A program made the translations under genes and the position numbers. The notes under the pieces are model-generated. The model had not been told where the DNA came from, made no database searches, and saw only the letters and a program-made list of their open reading frames with translations. A stretch of DNA of 43,413 bases from Candidatus Hydrogenedentota bacterium (lineage in GTDB: Bacteria > Hydrogenedentota > Hydrogenedentia > Hydrogenedentales > JAEUWI01): contig JAUIMA010000002.1 in NCBI GenBank assembly GCA_030432675.1, forward strand, positions 1-43,413, given 5' to 3'. This document shows, piece after piece, positions 27,003-35,822 of this stretch; the first letter of the stretch is position 1; each line of letters opens with the position of its first letter.

Positions 27003-28259
27003 TTATGCTTGAACCGGTTGGCACGCCTTCATGTTGTCGGCCACAGCCTTTGCAAATTCACTGCACTTCAGTAGCTTGGCATCCTGCATCAGGCGGGCAA
27101 AATCATAGGTGACCGTCTTGTTGTGGAAGGTCCGGGTCATGGCGTCGACCAAGGTGTCAGCCACTTCCTGCCATCCCATGTATTCGAACATCATGACGCC
27201 GGAAAGGACCACGCTGCTCGGATTTACTTTGTCTTGATTGGCATATTTGGGAGCCGTGCCGTGTGTTGCTTCGAAAATGGCTACGCCGGTCTCGTAGTTG
27301 ATGTTGGCACCGGGGGCGATACCGATTCCACCGACCTGGGCAGCCAGCGCATCGCTGATATAGTCGCCATTAAGATTCATCGTGGCTACCACGTCGAACT
27401 CTTTGGGGCGGGTCAGGATCTGCTGAAGGAAAATATCAGCGATGGTGTCTTTTACCAGGATCTTGTCACCGGGGTCGCCGTTGCAGTCTTCCCAGGAAAC
27501 GGCCACGTCGGAGAACTCTTCTTTGACCAAATCGTAGCCCCAGCGCATGAAGGCACCTTCGGTGTACTTCATGATGTTACCCTTGTGCACCAGGGTAACG
27601 CTCTTGCTGCCGTGCTTGACGGCGTGGTTCAGGGCGGCGCGGACGATGCGTTTCGTGCCATATTCACTGACGGGCTTGAGGCCCAGACCTGATTCCGGAC
27701 GAATGTTCCAACCGAATTCTGCTTTGCAGAAAGCGGCCAGCTTTTCGGCCTCGGGGGTGCCGGATTCCAGTTCCAAGCCGGAATACACGTCTTCCGTATT
27801 CTCGCGGAAAATCGTCATATTCACGTTTTGAGGGGCGATCACCGGGCTGGGAACCGTGTCGAAGTGGCGTACCGGCCGGACACAGGCAAAGAGGTCCAGC
27901 AACTGACGGAGGCTGACGTTCAGGCTCCGGAAGCCACCGCCAATGGGGGTAGTCAGCGGCCCTTTGATAGCCAGTTCAAACTCACGAATGGCTTCCAACG
28001 TCTCTTCGGGCAAGTAGGAGCCCGTAATCTGATTTGCCTTTTCGCCAGCGAAGATTTCCATCCACGCGATCTTACGGGAGTCGCCATAGCAGTGACGCAC
28101 GGCTTCGTCGAAGAGGAACTGGGAAGCTTTCCAGATGTCGGGCCCAATGCCGTCGCCTTCAATGAAGCCGATGATGGGTTGGTCGGGGGTTTCCAGCTTA
28201 CCGCCGTTAACGACGACTTTGTCGCCTGCCGGGACTTCGATGTGTTTATAGGTTGCCAT
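27003..28259 (-). CDS. icd: NADP-dependent isocitrate dehydrogenase (homodimeric type)
   Basis: 418 aa. [14 protein letters not shown], and [24 protein letters not shown], close to the E. coli Icd phospho-Ser loop. The C-terminal half also fits an isocitrate/isopropylmalate dehydrogenase fold. Confidence 0.95.
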   Translation of the reverse strand: MATYKHIEVPAGDKVVVNGGKLETPDQPIIGFIEGDGIGPDIWKASQFLFDEAVRHCYGDSRKIAWMEIFAGEKANQITGSYLPEETLEAIREFELAIKGPLTTPIGGGFRSLNVSLRQLLDLFACVRPVRHFDTVPSPVIAPQNVNMTIFRENTEDVYSGLELESGTPEAEKLAAFCKAEFGWNIRPESGLGLKPVSEYGTKRIVRAALNHAVKHGSKSVTLVHKGNIMKYTEGAFMRWGYDLVKEEFSDVAVSWEDCNGDPGDKILVKDTIADIFLQQILTRPKEFDVVATMNLNGDYISDALAAQVGGIGIAPGANINYETGVAIFEATHGTAPKYANQDKVNPSSVVLSGVMMFEYMGWQEVADTLVDAMTRTFHNKTVTYDFARLMQDAKLLKCSEFAKAVADNMKACQPVQA

Positions 28260-28302
28260 GACTTCTCCTGGTTTCGTTGTAAGTTCCGTCCTGCGGGTGG
28301 GG

Positions 28303-29892
28303 CTAGTTGGTGCTTCCCGGAAGTGAGACCAGGCTCGCGCCGGTCACGTGGGGAATGCCCCGTATTGCGTCTAACACCGAGTCTGAAACGGCTTCGTCGA
28401 GATTAAGCACCGTCAGTGCGCGCCCTCCCCGACTTGCACGGCCCAGGGATAAGTTGGCGATATTAATGCCCGCTTCTCCCAGGGTTAGACACACCCGACC
28501 AATTACCTGAGGGACATCATCGTTGATGCAGATGACCATATAGCCTTCCGGCTTGGCATCCACACGCATTCCGTCGATACTGCATATGCGGGGGTCGTTT
28601 CCATCGAAGAGTGTCCCTTTAACGGTGTGGGAGCCTTCGTTGGTGACCACCGTAACACCAATCTCAAAGGCATAGTCGGAGGCTGCAGGACTGCGCTTTT
28701 CGGTGCAGGCGATTCCGTGTTCCTTGAGTTGATGGGGGGCGCTGATGGTATTCACATCTTCGACCATAGGGCGGAGAAAGCCCGCCAGGATGGCCGAGGT
28801 TATGGGGTATACGTCGGTGATACCCAATTCGCCGCTGTACTCAATTTCCAGCGCGGTGGGCCGGGCACTGTAGGTGGCCTGAAACTGGCCCAGTCGTTCG
28901 GCCAGGCTGAGCAGGGGCTGGAGGGTCTCACGGGTTTCCGCATCCAGACTGGGCACGTTAACGGCATTCACGATGGCGCCGGTCTTCAGATAGTCCACCA
29001 TTTGTTCGGCGACTTCTACCGCGACGGTGAGCTGGGCCTCGTCGGTCGAAGCCGCGAGGTGGGGTGTCAAGACGATATTGTCGAGGCCGATAAAGGGGTT
29101 GTCTTCGAAGGGCTCCGAAGTATACACATCCAGAGCGGCACCGGCGATTTTGCCAGCCTTGAGGGCCTCGGCTAAATCCTGCTCATTAACCAGACCACCA
29201 CGGGCTGCATTGACGATGCGGCACGTCGGTTTCATCTTGGCGATACGCTCGGCGTTGATGATATTGTTGGTTTTCTCGGTCATGGGGGCGTGCAAGGTGA
29301 TAAAGTCGGCCCGCTCCACCAGTTCATCTACCGATACCAACTCTACGCCAAGCGCGTCCGCTTTCAGTTGGGTCATGATGGGGTCAAAGGCGATAACCTT
29401 CATCTCAAAGGCCTGGGCGCGGCGGGCCACTTCACCACCAATACGGCCAAGGCCCACGATGCCGAGGGTCTTACCACACACTTCCGTGCCCATGAACTTC
29501 TTGCGGTCCCATCGGCCTTCCTGCATGGACTGATTGGCCAGCGGAACATTACGGCAGAGAGAGAAGAGGAGGGCGAAGGTATGCTCGCAGGTGGAGATGG
29601 TATTACCACCGGGCGTGTTCATGACCACGATGCCTTTTTTGGTCGCCGCGTTTTTGTCGATGTTGTCGGTTCCGACGCCGGCGCGACCGATGACCTTGAG
29701 GTTCTGGGCCTTCTCGAGGGCTTCGGCCGTGACTTTGGTGCCGCTGCGCACGACGAGACCATCGTAGTCGCCGATGATGGCTGCCAATTCCGCAGGAGAT
29801 TGAGGGGGCTTCACATCCACCTCTAAACCCTGCTCACGAAAGACGTTGACGCCTTCCTCACTCAGACCATCAAGAACCAGAACACGGGCCAT
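28303..29892 (-). CDS. serA: D-3-phosphoglycerate dehydrogenase (long form with ASB and ACT domains)
   Basis: 529 aa. [15 protein letters not shown]..., NAD fold [16 protein letters not shown], catalytic region NAARGGLV...TPHLAAST, and a C-terminal ACT-like domain. Confidence 0.95.
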   Translation of the reverse strand: MARVLVLDGLSEEGVNVFREQGLEVDVKPPQSPAELAAIIGDYDGLVVRSGTKVTAEALEKAQNLKVIGRAGVGTDNIDKNAATKKGIVVMNTPGGNTISTCEHTFALLFSLCRNVPLANQSMQEGRWDRKKFMGTEVCGKTLGIVGLGRIGGEVARRAQAFEMKVIAFDPIMTQLKADALGVELVSVDELVERADFITLHAPMTEKTNNIINAERIAKMKPTCRIVNAARGGLVNEQDLAEALKAGKIAGAALDVYTSEPFEDNPFIGLDNIVLTPHLAASTDEAQLTVAVEVAEQMVDYLKTGAIVNAVNVPSLDAETRETLQPLLSLAERLGQFQATYSARPTALEIEYSGELGITDVYPITSAILAGFLRPMVEDVNTISAPHQLKEHGIACTEKRSPAASDYAFEIGVTVVTNEGSHTVKGTLFDGNDPRICSIDGMRVDAKPEGYMVICINDDVPQVIGRVCLTLGEAGINIANLSLGRASRGGRALTVLNLDEAVSDSVLDAIRGIPHVTGASLVSLPGSTN

Positions 29893-30429
29893 TCAACCAA
29901 GTCTCCACTGCAAGTTAGACCTTGAATCTCCGGGTGATTGCTCCGCTAAGGGTACCCGGCTCAAACAAAGTGCGTAATTAATCGTCCATTACCGACATGC
30001 GTTGCGCAGGAAGGGGATGCAAGCATCTGAAGCTCAGAAACCTGCGACGCATAAAACGCCTCACTTTGCTTATGCGGTGAACACATAATTCAGGCTATCC
30101 ACCTGCAGCCTTGCGGCGGAATTGGCCTGCTGAGTGCCTCCCGGGGAGGCGTCACCACATAACCCATTACAAAGGGGTCGTTCCATGGGAAGCGCAAGAA
30201 TAGCAAATAGCGGGTCAAAGTGTCAAATGATATCCCGGGGTGCGACGGTCCAATGGAAGGGATCGCAAACTTGCAACCATATTGACATGAACAGGTTGTG
30301 AAGACTCGTATCGCTTGACCGTAGAGGGCGACGTACGGATTGGGTGGCTCCGTGCTTGCTGGCGACCAGACCCGAAATTACCTTCGGTTTGCGGTCTTCG
30401 CCGGGGCCGTAGGATCACCGGTCCCAGAG

Positions 30430-30458
30430 TTGACATGGTGCACAATAAGGTGTATATT
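30430..30458 (+). promoter_or_regulatory. Near-consensus sigma70-type promoter upstream of napD
   Basis: TTGACA (30430-30435), 17-nt spacer, TATATT (30453-30458). It lies about 45 nt upstream of the napD GTG (30503), which is preceded by AAGGAG (30490-30495). Confidence 0.5.
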
Positions 30459-30502
30459 AAATACATGTTTATGCGGTTGCCCTCACTATAAGGAGTTGTT
30501 CA

Positions 30503-30754
30503 GTGCCCATTTCCAGTCTTGTTGTGCACGCTGAAGAGCGGTGCCACAGTAACGTATGCGGGCTGTTGAACGGGCACCCTGCAATCGAGGTGGTCCATGT
30601 TTCGGAAAGTGCCATCGCCATTGTTACGGAAACGCCTGACGGCTCAGTCGACAAACTCCTCTGGCGTCAAATAGAAGCGCTCTCCGGTGTGACCCATCTG
30701 GAGCTGGTCTATCACAATTTTGAAGACGGGAAGGAATACCACCATGTCTCCTAA
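30503..30754 (+). CDS. napD: NapD-like chaperone for periplasmic nitrate reductase
   Basis: 83 aa, GTG start. ISSLVVHAEE...GHPAIEVVHVSESAIAIVTE...LSGVTHLELVYHNFE matches the NapD pattern. It overlaps the napA start by 11 nt. Confidence 0.75.
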   Translation: MPISSLVVHAEERCHSNVCGLLNGHPAIEVVHVSESAIAIVTETPDGSVDKLLWRQIEALSGVTHLELVYHNFEDGKEYHHVS

Positions 30755-33104
30755 TCGCAGAGACTTTATTCGCCAATCGGCCCAACTGGCGGCGCTGGCT
30801 GCCATGGGGGTTTCACTTCCTGAAGGAGCGGCAGGTGCAGTTCCTTTGCCGGATGGACTCCACTGGCAGAAAGCTCCCTGTCGTTTTTGTGGTACGGGCT
30901 GTGGGGTGATGGTGGGGGTGCAGGGTGGCCGGGTGGTGGCGGTACAGGGCGATCCGGACAATGGAGTCAATAAGGGGCTCCTTTGCGCCAAGGGCTACCA
31001 TGCCGGCGGAATTCTTTACGGGAAAGATCGGCTGACTCACCCGCTGATCCGGAAGAATGGCGTCTATGAGCGGACGAGCTGGGAGGAGGCCATCGAAGTT
31101 ATCGCCGATGCGATCATGGCGGACTCGGAGCGCTTCAGTATATATGGTTCGGGGCAGTGGACCGTGCCCGAGGGGTATCAGAACGCTAAATTCATCAAGG
31201 CCGGTTTGAGTAACAATCACCTGGAGCCCAATGCGCGCTTGTGTATGGCGAGTGCGGCGGTGGGCCTTATCAGTACCTTTGGCGTGGATGAGCCGTCGGG
31301 CTGCTATGAGGATTTGGACGAATGTGACACGGTCATCACATGGGGCAATAACTGGGCCGAAATGCACCCCGTCTTGTTTTCCCGCTTTATAGATCGGAAA
31401 AAGGCGTTGCCTAAATTTCAGGCGGGCCGCATGACCTATATCGATATGGCGACCCGCAAGACCCGCTCAACCCAATCGGCCGATATCTACATGGAGTTTG
31501 TGCCCCAGACCGATATGGTGATCGCTAACTGTATTTGTTATCAGTTGTTGAAAAACGACACCTATGACAAGGAGTTCGTGGCAAAGCACACCCGCTTCCA
31601 GGCGGATGACGGTTCGGAAATGGACCTGGAAGCCTTTCGCACCTTTCTCGAAGACTACACGCTGGAGAAAGCGTCGGCCTTGTCGGGCGTCTCGGTCGGT
31701 CATCTGAAGATGTTGGGCGACCTCTTCGGCGATCCAAAGCGCAAGGTGGTTTCTCTGTGGTGCATGGGGCTGAACCAGCACACCCGCGGAACGGCGATGA
31801 ACAACCTGGTGTACAACGTGCACCTGCTGGCGGGCAAGATCGGCAAACCGGGTTCCACGCCCTTCTCATTGACGGGGCAGCCCAGTGCTTGCGGCACCGC
31901 CCGGGAAGTGGGCACCTTCGCCCATGCCTTGCCTTCCGGACGGCTGGTGGCCAACGCGGAACATCGCAAGGAGTGCGAAGATCTCTGGAATGCCGTGCCG
32001 GGTGCGATTAACCCGAAGCCGGGATTTCACACGATCCAACTGTTTGAGGCATTCGCGGCGGGAGAAGTGACGGGGATGTGGGTCCAGGTGACCAACCCTG
32101 GTCAGAGTATGCCCCATTTGCACAAGAATCTGGCCAACGCGGATGAGCGTTTTCTGGTGGTGTCGGATGTGTACCCCACGGCCACGACCCGATTGGCAAA
32201 AGTGGTATTGCCGTCGGCGCTCTGGGTCGAGAAAAACGGGGTCTTTGGCAATTCCGAGCGTCGCACCCAGCAGTGGTTTAAGGCCGTGGATCCGCCGGAG
32301 GAAGCGCGGGACGACGTATGGCAGGTGTTGGCGGTGGCCCATCGCATGTTTGAGAAGGGTTTCAAGGGGCTTCGTGACCGGGATGGTAATTTTCTACTCG
32401 CCATCCGCGACGAGAGTGGCCGGGAAATCGAGGCGTGGAAGTGGGAGGTCTTCAAGACGGTTAACGTGGATCGTATCCTCTATAACGAATACCGTACGCT
32501 CACAACCAAGAAGCACAAAGACCTGGCACCCTATGACGTGCTGGCGGCGCACCACGGTTTGCGCTGGCCGGTGGTGCAGGATGATAGCGGCACCTGGCGC
32601 GAAACCACCCGTCGTTTCGTAGAGGGAGAAGACCCCTTTGTGGAGAAGGGAAAAGGGATCCAGTTCTATGGGGCCAAAGCCGGGGATGATAAAGCGATTA
32701 TCTGGGCCCGGCCCTATGTGGCGCCACCGGAAGTGCCCGACGAGGAATATCCCTTGTGGCTCTGCACCGGTCGCGTCCTGGAGCATTGGCACACTGGCAC
32801 CATGACCCAGCGTGTGAGGGAACTGCACAACGCCATGCCCCGGGCCTACGTGGAATTTCATCCTATGGATGCCAACGAACTGGGTATTCAGGACGGCGAT
32901 AAGATTCGGGTCCAGTCCCGGCGGGGTGCCATGGTGCTTCCAGCCTGGGTGCGGGGCCGGGGAATGCCCGAGCGTGGGTCTGTCTTTGTGCCCTTTTTTG
33001 ACGAGACCAAGCTTATCAATGAAGTGACCCTCGATGCCTACTGCCCCCAATCCAAGCAGCCCGACTATAAGAAGTGCGCGGTTCGGGTGGAGAAAGTGGT
33101 ATGA
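30744..33104 (+). CDS. napA: Periplasmic nitrate reductase catalytic subunit NapA (Mo-bisPGD, 4Fe-4S)
   Basis: ORF 30720-33104, start ATG 30744 giving the Tat signal MSPNRRDFIRQSAQLAALAA. 4Fe-4S motif CRFCGTGCGVMV...GLLCAKGY. Mo-ligand context RLCMASAAVG. Confidence 0.95.
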   Translation: MSPNRRDFIRQSAQLAALAAMGVSLPEGAAGAVPLPDGLHWQKAPCRFCGTGCGVMVGVQGGRVVAVQGDPDNGVNKGLLCAKGYHAGGILYGKDRLTHPLIRKNGVYERTSWEEAIEVIADAIMADSERFSIYGSGQWTVPEGYQNAKFIKAGLSNNHLEPNARLCMASAAVGLISTFGVDEPSGCYEDLDECDTVITWGNNWAEMHPVLFSRFIDRKKALPKFQAGRMTYIDMATRKTRSTQSADIYMEFVPQTDMVIANCICYQLLKNDTYDKEFVAKHTRFQADDGSEMDLEAFRTFLEDYTLEKASALSGVSVGHLKMLGDLFGDPKRKVVSLWCMGLNQHTRGTAMNNLVYNVHLLAGKIGKPGSTPFSLTGQPSACGTAREVGTFAHALPSGRLVANAEHRKECEDLWNAVPGAINPKPGFHTIQLFEAFAAGEVTGMWVQVTNPGQSMPHLHKNLANADERFLVVSDVYPTATTRLAKVVLPSALWVEKNGVFGNSERRTQQWFKAVDPPEEARDDVWQVLAVAHRMFEKGFKGLRDRDGNFLLAIRDESGREIEAWKWEVFKTVNVDRILYNEYRTLTTKKHKDLAPYDVLAAHHGLRWPVVQDDSGTWRETTRRFVEGEDPFVEKGKGIQFYGAKAGDDKAIIWARPYVAPPEVPDEEYPLWLCTGRVLEHWHTGTMTQRVRELHNAMPRAYVEFHPMDANELGIQDGDKIRVQSRRGAMVLPAWVRGRGMPERGSVFVPFFDETKLINEVTLDAYCPQSKQPDYKKCAVRVEKVV

Positions 33105-33718
33105 GATATCTCGCAGTAATTCCGTTGCTTTGCGCGGGTGCCATCAGCTTCTGTCTTACGGTCTTTCACGTCGGCGCGGAAACGACCCATTCCACGTCGA
33201 GCGATTCCGGGCAACCAGGCGCGGTGGAAACAGACCCGGCAATCGTCGAGGAGCGTAGCGTGCGGGCTTCTCGCCGGGCCTTCTATACGGCGCCCCCCGT
33301 TATTCCCCATGAACTCTTTCCTGCGTCGGCGGGTGATTGTCTCACCTGTCACCGGGAGGAAGGGATTTACTTTGGCAAAGTAAGCAGCAAAACTCCGCAC
33401 CCGGATTGGGTCAACTGTAATCAGTGCCACCTGCCTTCCCGGCCCGCCTTTGCCGAAGTGGAAGCACAAACGGCCCCGAGCACCTGGAAAGGCCTGGACA
33501 CGCCGACGGATGGAACCCGCGCCCATGCGGTTGCGCCACCCACCATGCCCCACCGGAAGTTACTCCGGGAAAACTGTCAGAGTTGTCACAGTGCCCAAAG
33601 CCCCTTTGCGTCCATGCGGGGGCCCCACCCGGAGCGAAGCAGCTGCACCCAGTGTCACGTGGCCGTATCCGAGCACGAGTTTCGGATTGACCACAATGCC
33701 CTGCTGCCGACCCGCTGA
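33101..33718 (+). CDS. napB: Tetraheme c-type cytochrome made of two NapB-like dihaem modules
   Basis: ORF 33074-33718. ATG 33101 overlaps the napA stop (ATGA). Signal or anchor MRYLAVIPLLCAGAISFCL. Four CxxCH motifs (CLTCH, CNQCH, CQSCH, CTQCH). Each pair is preceded by a NapB-type APPVIPH / APPTMPH motif. Confidence 0.8.
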   Translation: MRYLAVIPLLCAGAISFCLTVFHVGAETTHSTSSDSGQPGAVETDPAIVEERSVRASRRAFYTAPPVIPHELFPASAGDCLTCHREEGIYFGKVSSKTPHPDWVNCNQCHLPSRPAFAEVEAQTAPSTWKGLDTPTDGTRAHAVAPPTMPHRKLLRENCQSCHSAQSPFASMRGPHPERSSCTQCHVAVSEHEFRIDHNALLPTR

Positions 33719-33814
33719 CCGTGCTTTGTCGCGCCCCCCCGTCGTCAGGTAGGTGTGTGTTTGCTGTGGCCGCCGTGTCTCGCCTATGCTGAGCGGTGCG
33801 AAGGAGAGCACGCC

Positions 33815-34324
33815 ATGGTTGAATTAATTCAGAATCTGACGGGTTCGCTGCTCGACGTCGGCCCCCTGACCTGGGGTGGGCTGGGCGCCTGCCTCGTGTC
33901 CGGCGGAATCACCGGTCTGGAGCGCCAGTACATGGGGAAGCCGGTTGGGATTCGGACCTGTGTGTTAATCTGCCTCGGGACCTATGTGTTCGTCGTCGTG
34001 GGACTCGCCGCAACGACGGCCAACTCAGATCCGACCCGTATAATCGGACAGATTGTGACCGGGATAGGCTTTATCGGCGCGGGGGTGATGCTGACGCGGG
34101 ATGGTTCTGTAATCGGTGCCACGTCGGCGGCCGACATCTGGATGATGGCTGCCATAGGCGTCGCCATCGGGGTTGTATCCCCGGTCTTGGGCATCAAGCT
34201 TGCCCTGCTCTCGGCGATAACGCTGTTGGGGGTGCACTTCTTCGAACTTCGGGTTCAGCGAAAGCATCCTCAGGTCCACAAGATATTGGATGATGAACCC
34301 GCCAGCGTACGGGACAATGATTGA
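33815..34324 (+). CDS. MgtC/SapB family membrane protein
   Basis: ORF 33755-34324. ATG 33815 is preceded by AAGGAGAG. GGITGLERQYMGKPVGIRTCVLICLG and GQIVTGIGFIGAGVML are typical MgtC-family motifs. Confidence 0.85.
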   Translation: MVELIQNLTGSLLDVGPLTWGGLGACLVSGGITGLERQYMGKPVGIRTCVLICLGTYVFVVVGLAATTANSDPTRIIGQIVTGIGFIGAGVMLTRDGSVIGATSAADIWMMAAIGVAIGVVSPVLGIKLALLSAITLLGVHFFELRVQRKHPQVHKILDDEPASVRDND

Positions 34325-34406
34325 GTCCTACCGAGATTCTGTGGGCTTCCCGTGCCGACCGGGCGGACCTTTCCTCTGGGAGCTCGGGTTCGCACCCCAA
34401 GGTCAC

Positions 34407-34892
34407 TCAGGCCTGACTGTCGTCCTCTGGCGCGGCGGATTTCATATCCCAGGGGAATTCCCCGTCTTCCAGCGCCGCCATGACCGTGGCTTCCTGTGAG
34501 ATAAAGGGGGTCTGAACGGCTGTGTAGACCTGTCGCGTATGTCGATAAGCGTATAGTGGACCGGCGGCGACCAGAAGAAGGAGCATGGCGACGGCAAAAC
34601 GAGGGACGGTACCGGGAATTCTCAACGGCGGTAACTGATAGCAAACGATCTGCTCGATGGGGTCGATAGATTTCATTTGGGATTGGAGCGCGCTAAAAGA
34701 GAGGGGTTCGCCCTGATAGCCCAGCGCCTGATCCGCGGTCTCAAGCATCGCTTCTAATGCGTCGCGCTCGTCGGCACACGCTGGACACGTTGCAAGATGT
34801 TGGCACACTTCTTCCCGGCGACGGGGCCGTAAATCCCCGTCGATGAGGGCCGGAATATCACGGCGTATGTAGTGGCAAGTCATGAGCAACAT
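34407..34892 (-). CDS. Anti-sigma factor, zf-HC2 type, single-pass membrane protein
   Basis: 161 aa. N-terminal CHYIRR...VCQHLATCPACADE (H-x3-C-x2-C). One TM helix (FAVAMLLLLVAAGPLYAY). The start could be the second ATG at 34883, which has better spacing from GAGGAG. It lies downstream of the ECF sigma gene. Confidence 0.75.
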   Translation of the reverse strand: MLLMTCHYIRRDIPALIDGDLRPRRREEVCQHLATCPACADERDALEAMLETADQALGYQGEPLSFSALQSQMKSIDPIEQIVCYQLPPLRIPGTVPRFAVAMLLLLVAAGPLYAYRHTRQVYTAVQTPFISQEATVMAALEDGEFPWDMKSAAPEDDSQA

Positions 34893-35001
34893 GCTCCTCT
34901 GACCGAGTGGGAAGCAAGAAGATCGGGGCGGTGACCAATTCCGTCCGTTGCACTTCTAATCGCACTCGGTACTCTCTTTCTACTGCAAAACAACATCGTA
35001 A

Positions 35002-35604
35002 CTATCGCGTGGCCGCAACAGGATGATTGTCGGCGTCCCATAGGGTAGCCAACAGATGGCGTAGCTTCTTTACCGCCAGTATTTTTCGAGATCGCACGGT
35101 ATTCACGGGGCAATCAAGAATGCTGGCAATGTCTTCCAGCGAAAGGCCGTCAATCGACCGCAACACAAAAACTAACCGCTGTTCTTCTGGCAACTGGCCC
35201 AGAGCGTGATGAATCTTCTCATGAAGTTCGCGGCGACGGGCCTGATAAGCCGGACAGTCGGCGAGCTGTCCGGTGAGTCCGTCAAGGGCCGTTTCATCGA
35301 GACGAACGCCCAATTTCCACGCTTTTTGTTCACTCCGGCACGATTCCAGCCAAATCATTCGGGCTACCCCAAAGAGATAGGCGGGGAAGGTGCCCGAAGC
35401 CTGATAGCGTTTTCGAATTTTCCATATCCGCAAAAAGGTGTCTTGTGCTAAGTCCCGCGCAGTGTTGGGGTTACGTGAAAGTCCGTAGAAGAAATTCAAC
35501 AGTTTATGTTGATACCGCCCGAAGAGAAGCTCGAAGGCACACTCGTCCCCTCCTCGCACGCGCATCATCAGTGCGACGTCTTCCATTGGCGATGTCTGTT
35601 CCAT
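35002..35604 (-). CDS. ECF-type RNA polymerase sigma factor (sigma-70 group 4)
   Basis: 200 aa. Region 2 ARDLAQDTFLRIW. Region 4 LPEEQRLVFVLRSIDGLSLEDIASILDCPVNTVRSRKILAVKKL. Confidence 0.9.
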   Translation of the reverse strand: MEQTSPMEDVALMMRVRGGDECAFELLFGRYQHKLLNFFYGLSRNPNTARDLAQDTFLRIWKIRKRYQASGTFPAYLFGVARMIWLESCRSEQKAWKLGVRLDETALDGLTGQLADCPAYQARRRELHEKIHHALGQLPEEQRLVFVLRSIDGLSLEDIASILDCPVNTVRSRKILAVKKLRHLLATLWDADNHPVAATR

Positions 35605-35822
35605 AGGACTTCCTCGTATCTGAGAATACTATGGCGGTGATCTTCGAAGCCGATCAAACTTTTTTTGCCGCTGATTTCGGGAGGGGCGCCCTGCGCCGAA
35701 ACCCGGAAGGGCGCCCGGAAGGATTTTTTGTGGCGGTCTAACCGTGAATCGTGGCACTATGGGGAGAGCAAGTGAGCGAAGCGTGATGAAAATGTGTAAA
35801 CCGCAATCACGGGAGGTCTGGG

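Noticed and set aside
30100-30200. A Moco riboswitch upstream of the nap genes, suggested by a GCCTCCCGGGGAGGC hairpin.
   Set aside because: It is only a short palindrome. I could not recognise the multi-stem Moco motif. Left as something to test with RF01055.
30215-30466. The 83-aa ORF on the minus strand in the serA-napD gap, considered as a possible small nap accessory gene.
   Set aside because: It has Arg/Pro/Ser-rich composition, no hydrophobic segment or Cys motif like NapE/NapF, and it overlaps the predicted napD promoter.
34325-34406. tRNA-like T-arm sequence (GGGTTCGCACCCC), and a similar GGATCGAATCTCG at about 8241.
   Set aside because: There is no acceptor stem, D-arm or anticodon arm in register, and neither contains the T-loop TTCGA core. 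I found no tRNA, rRNA or CRISPR repeat array elsewhere in the window.
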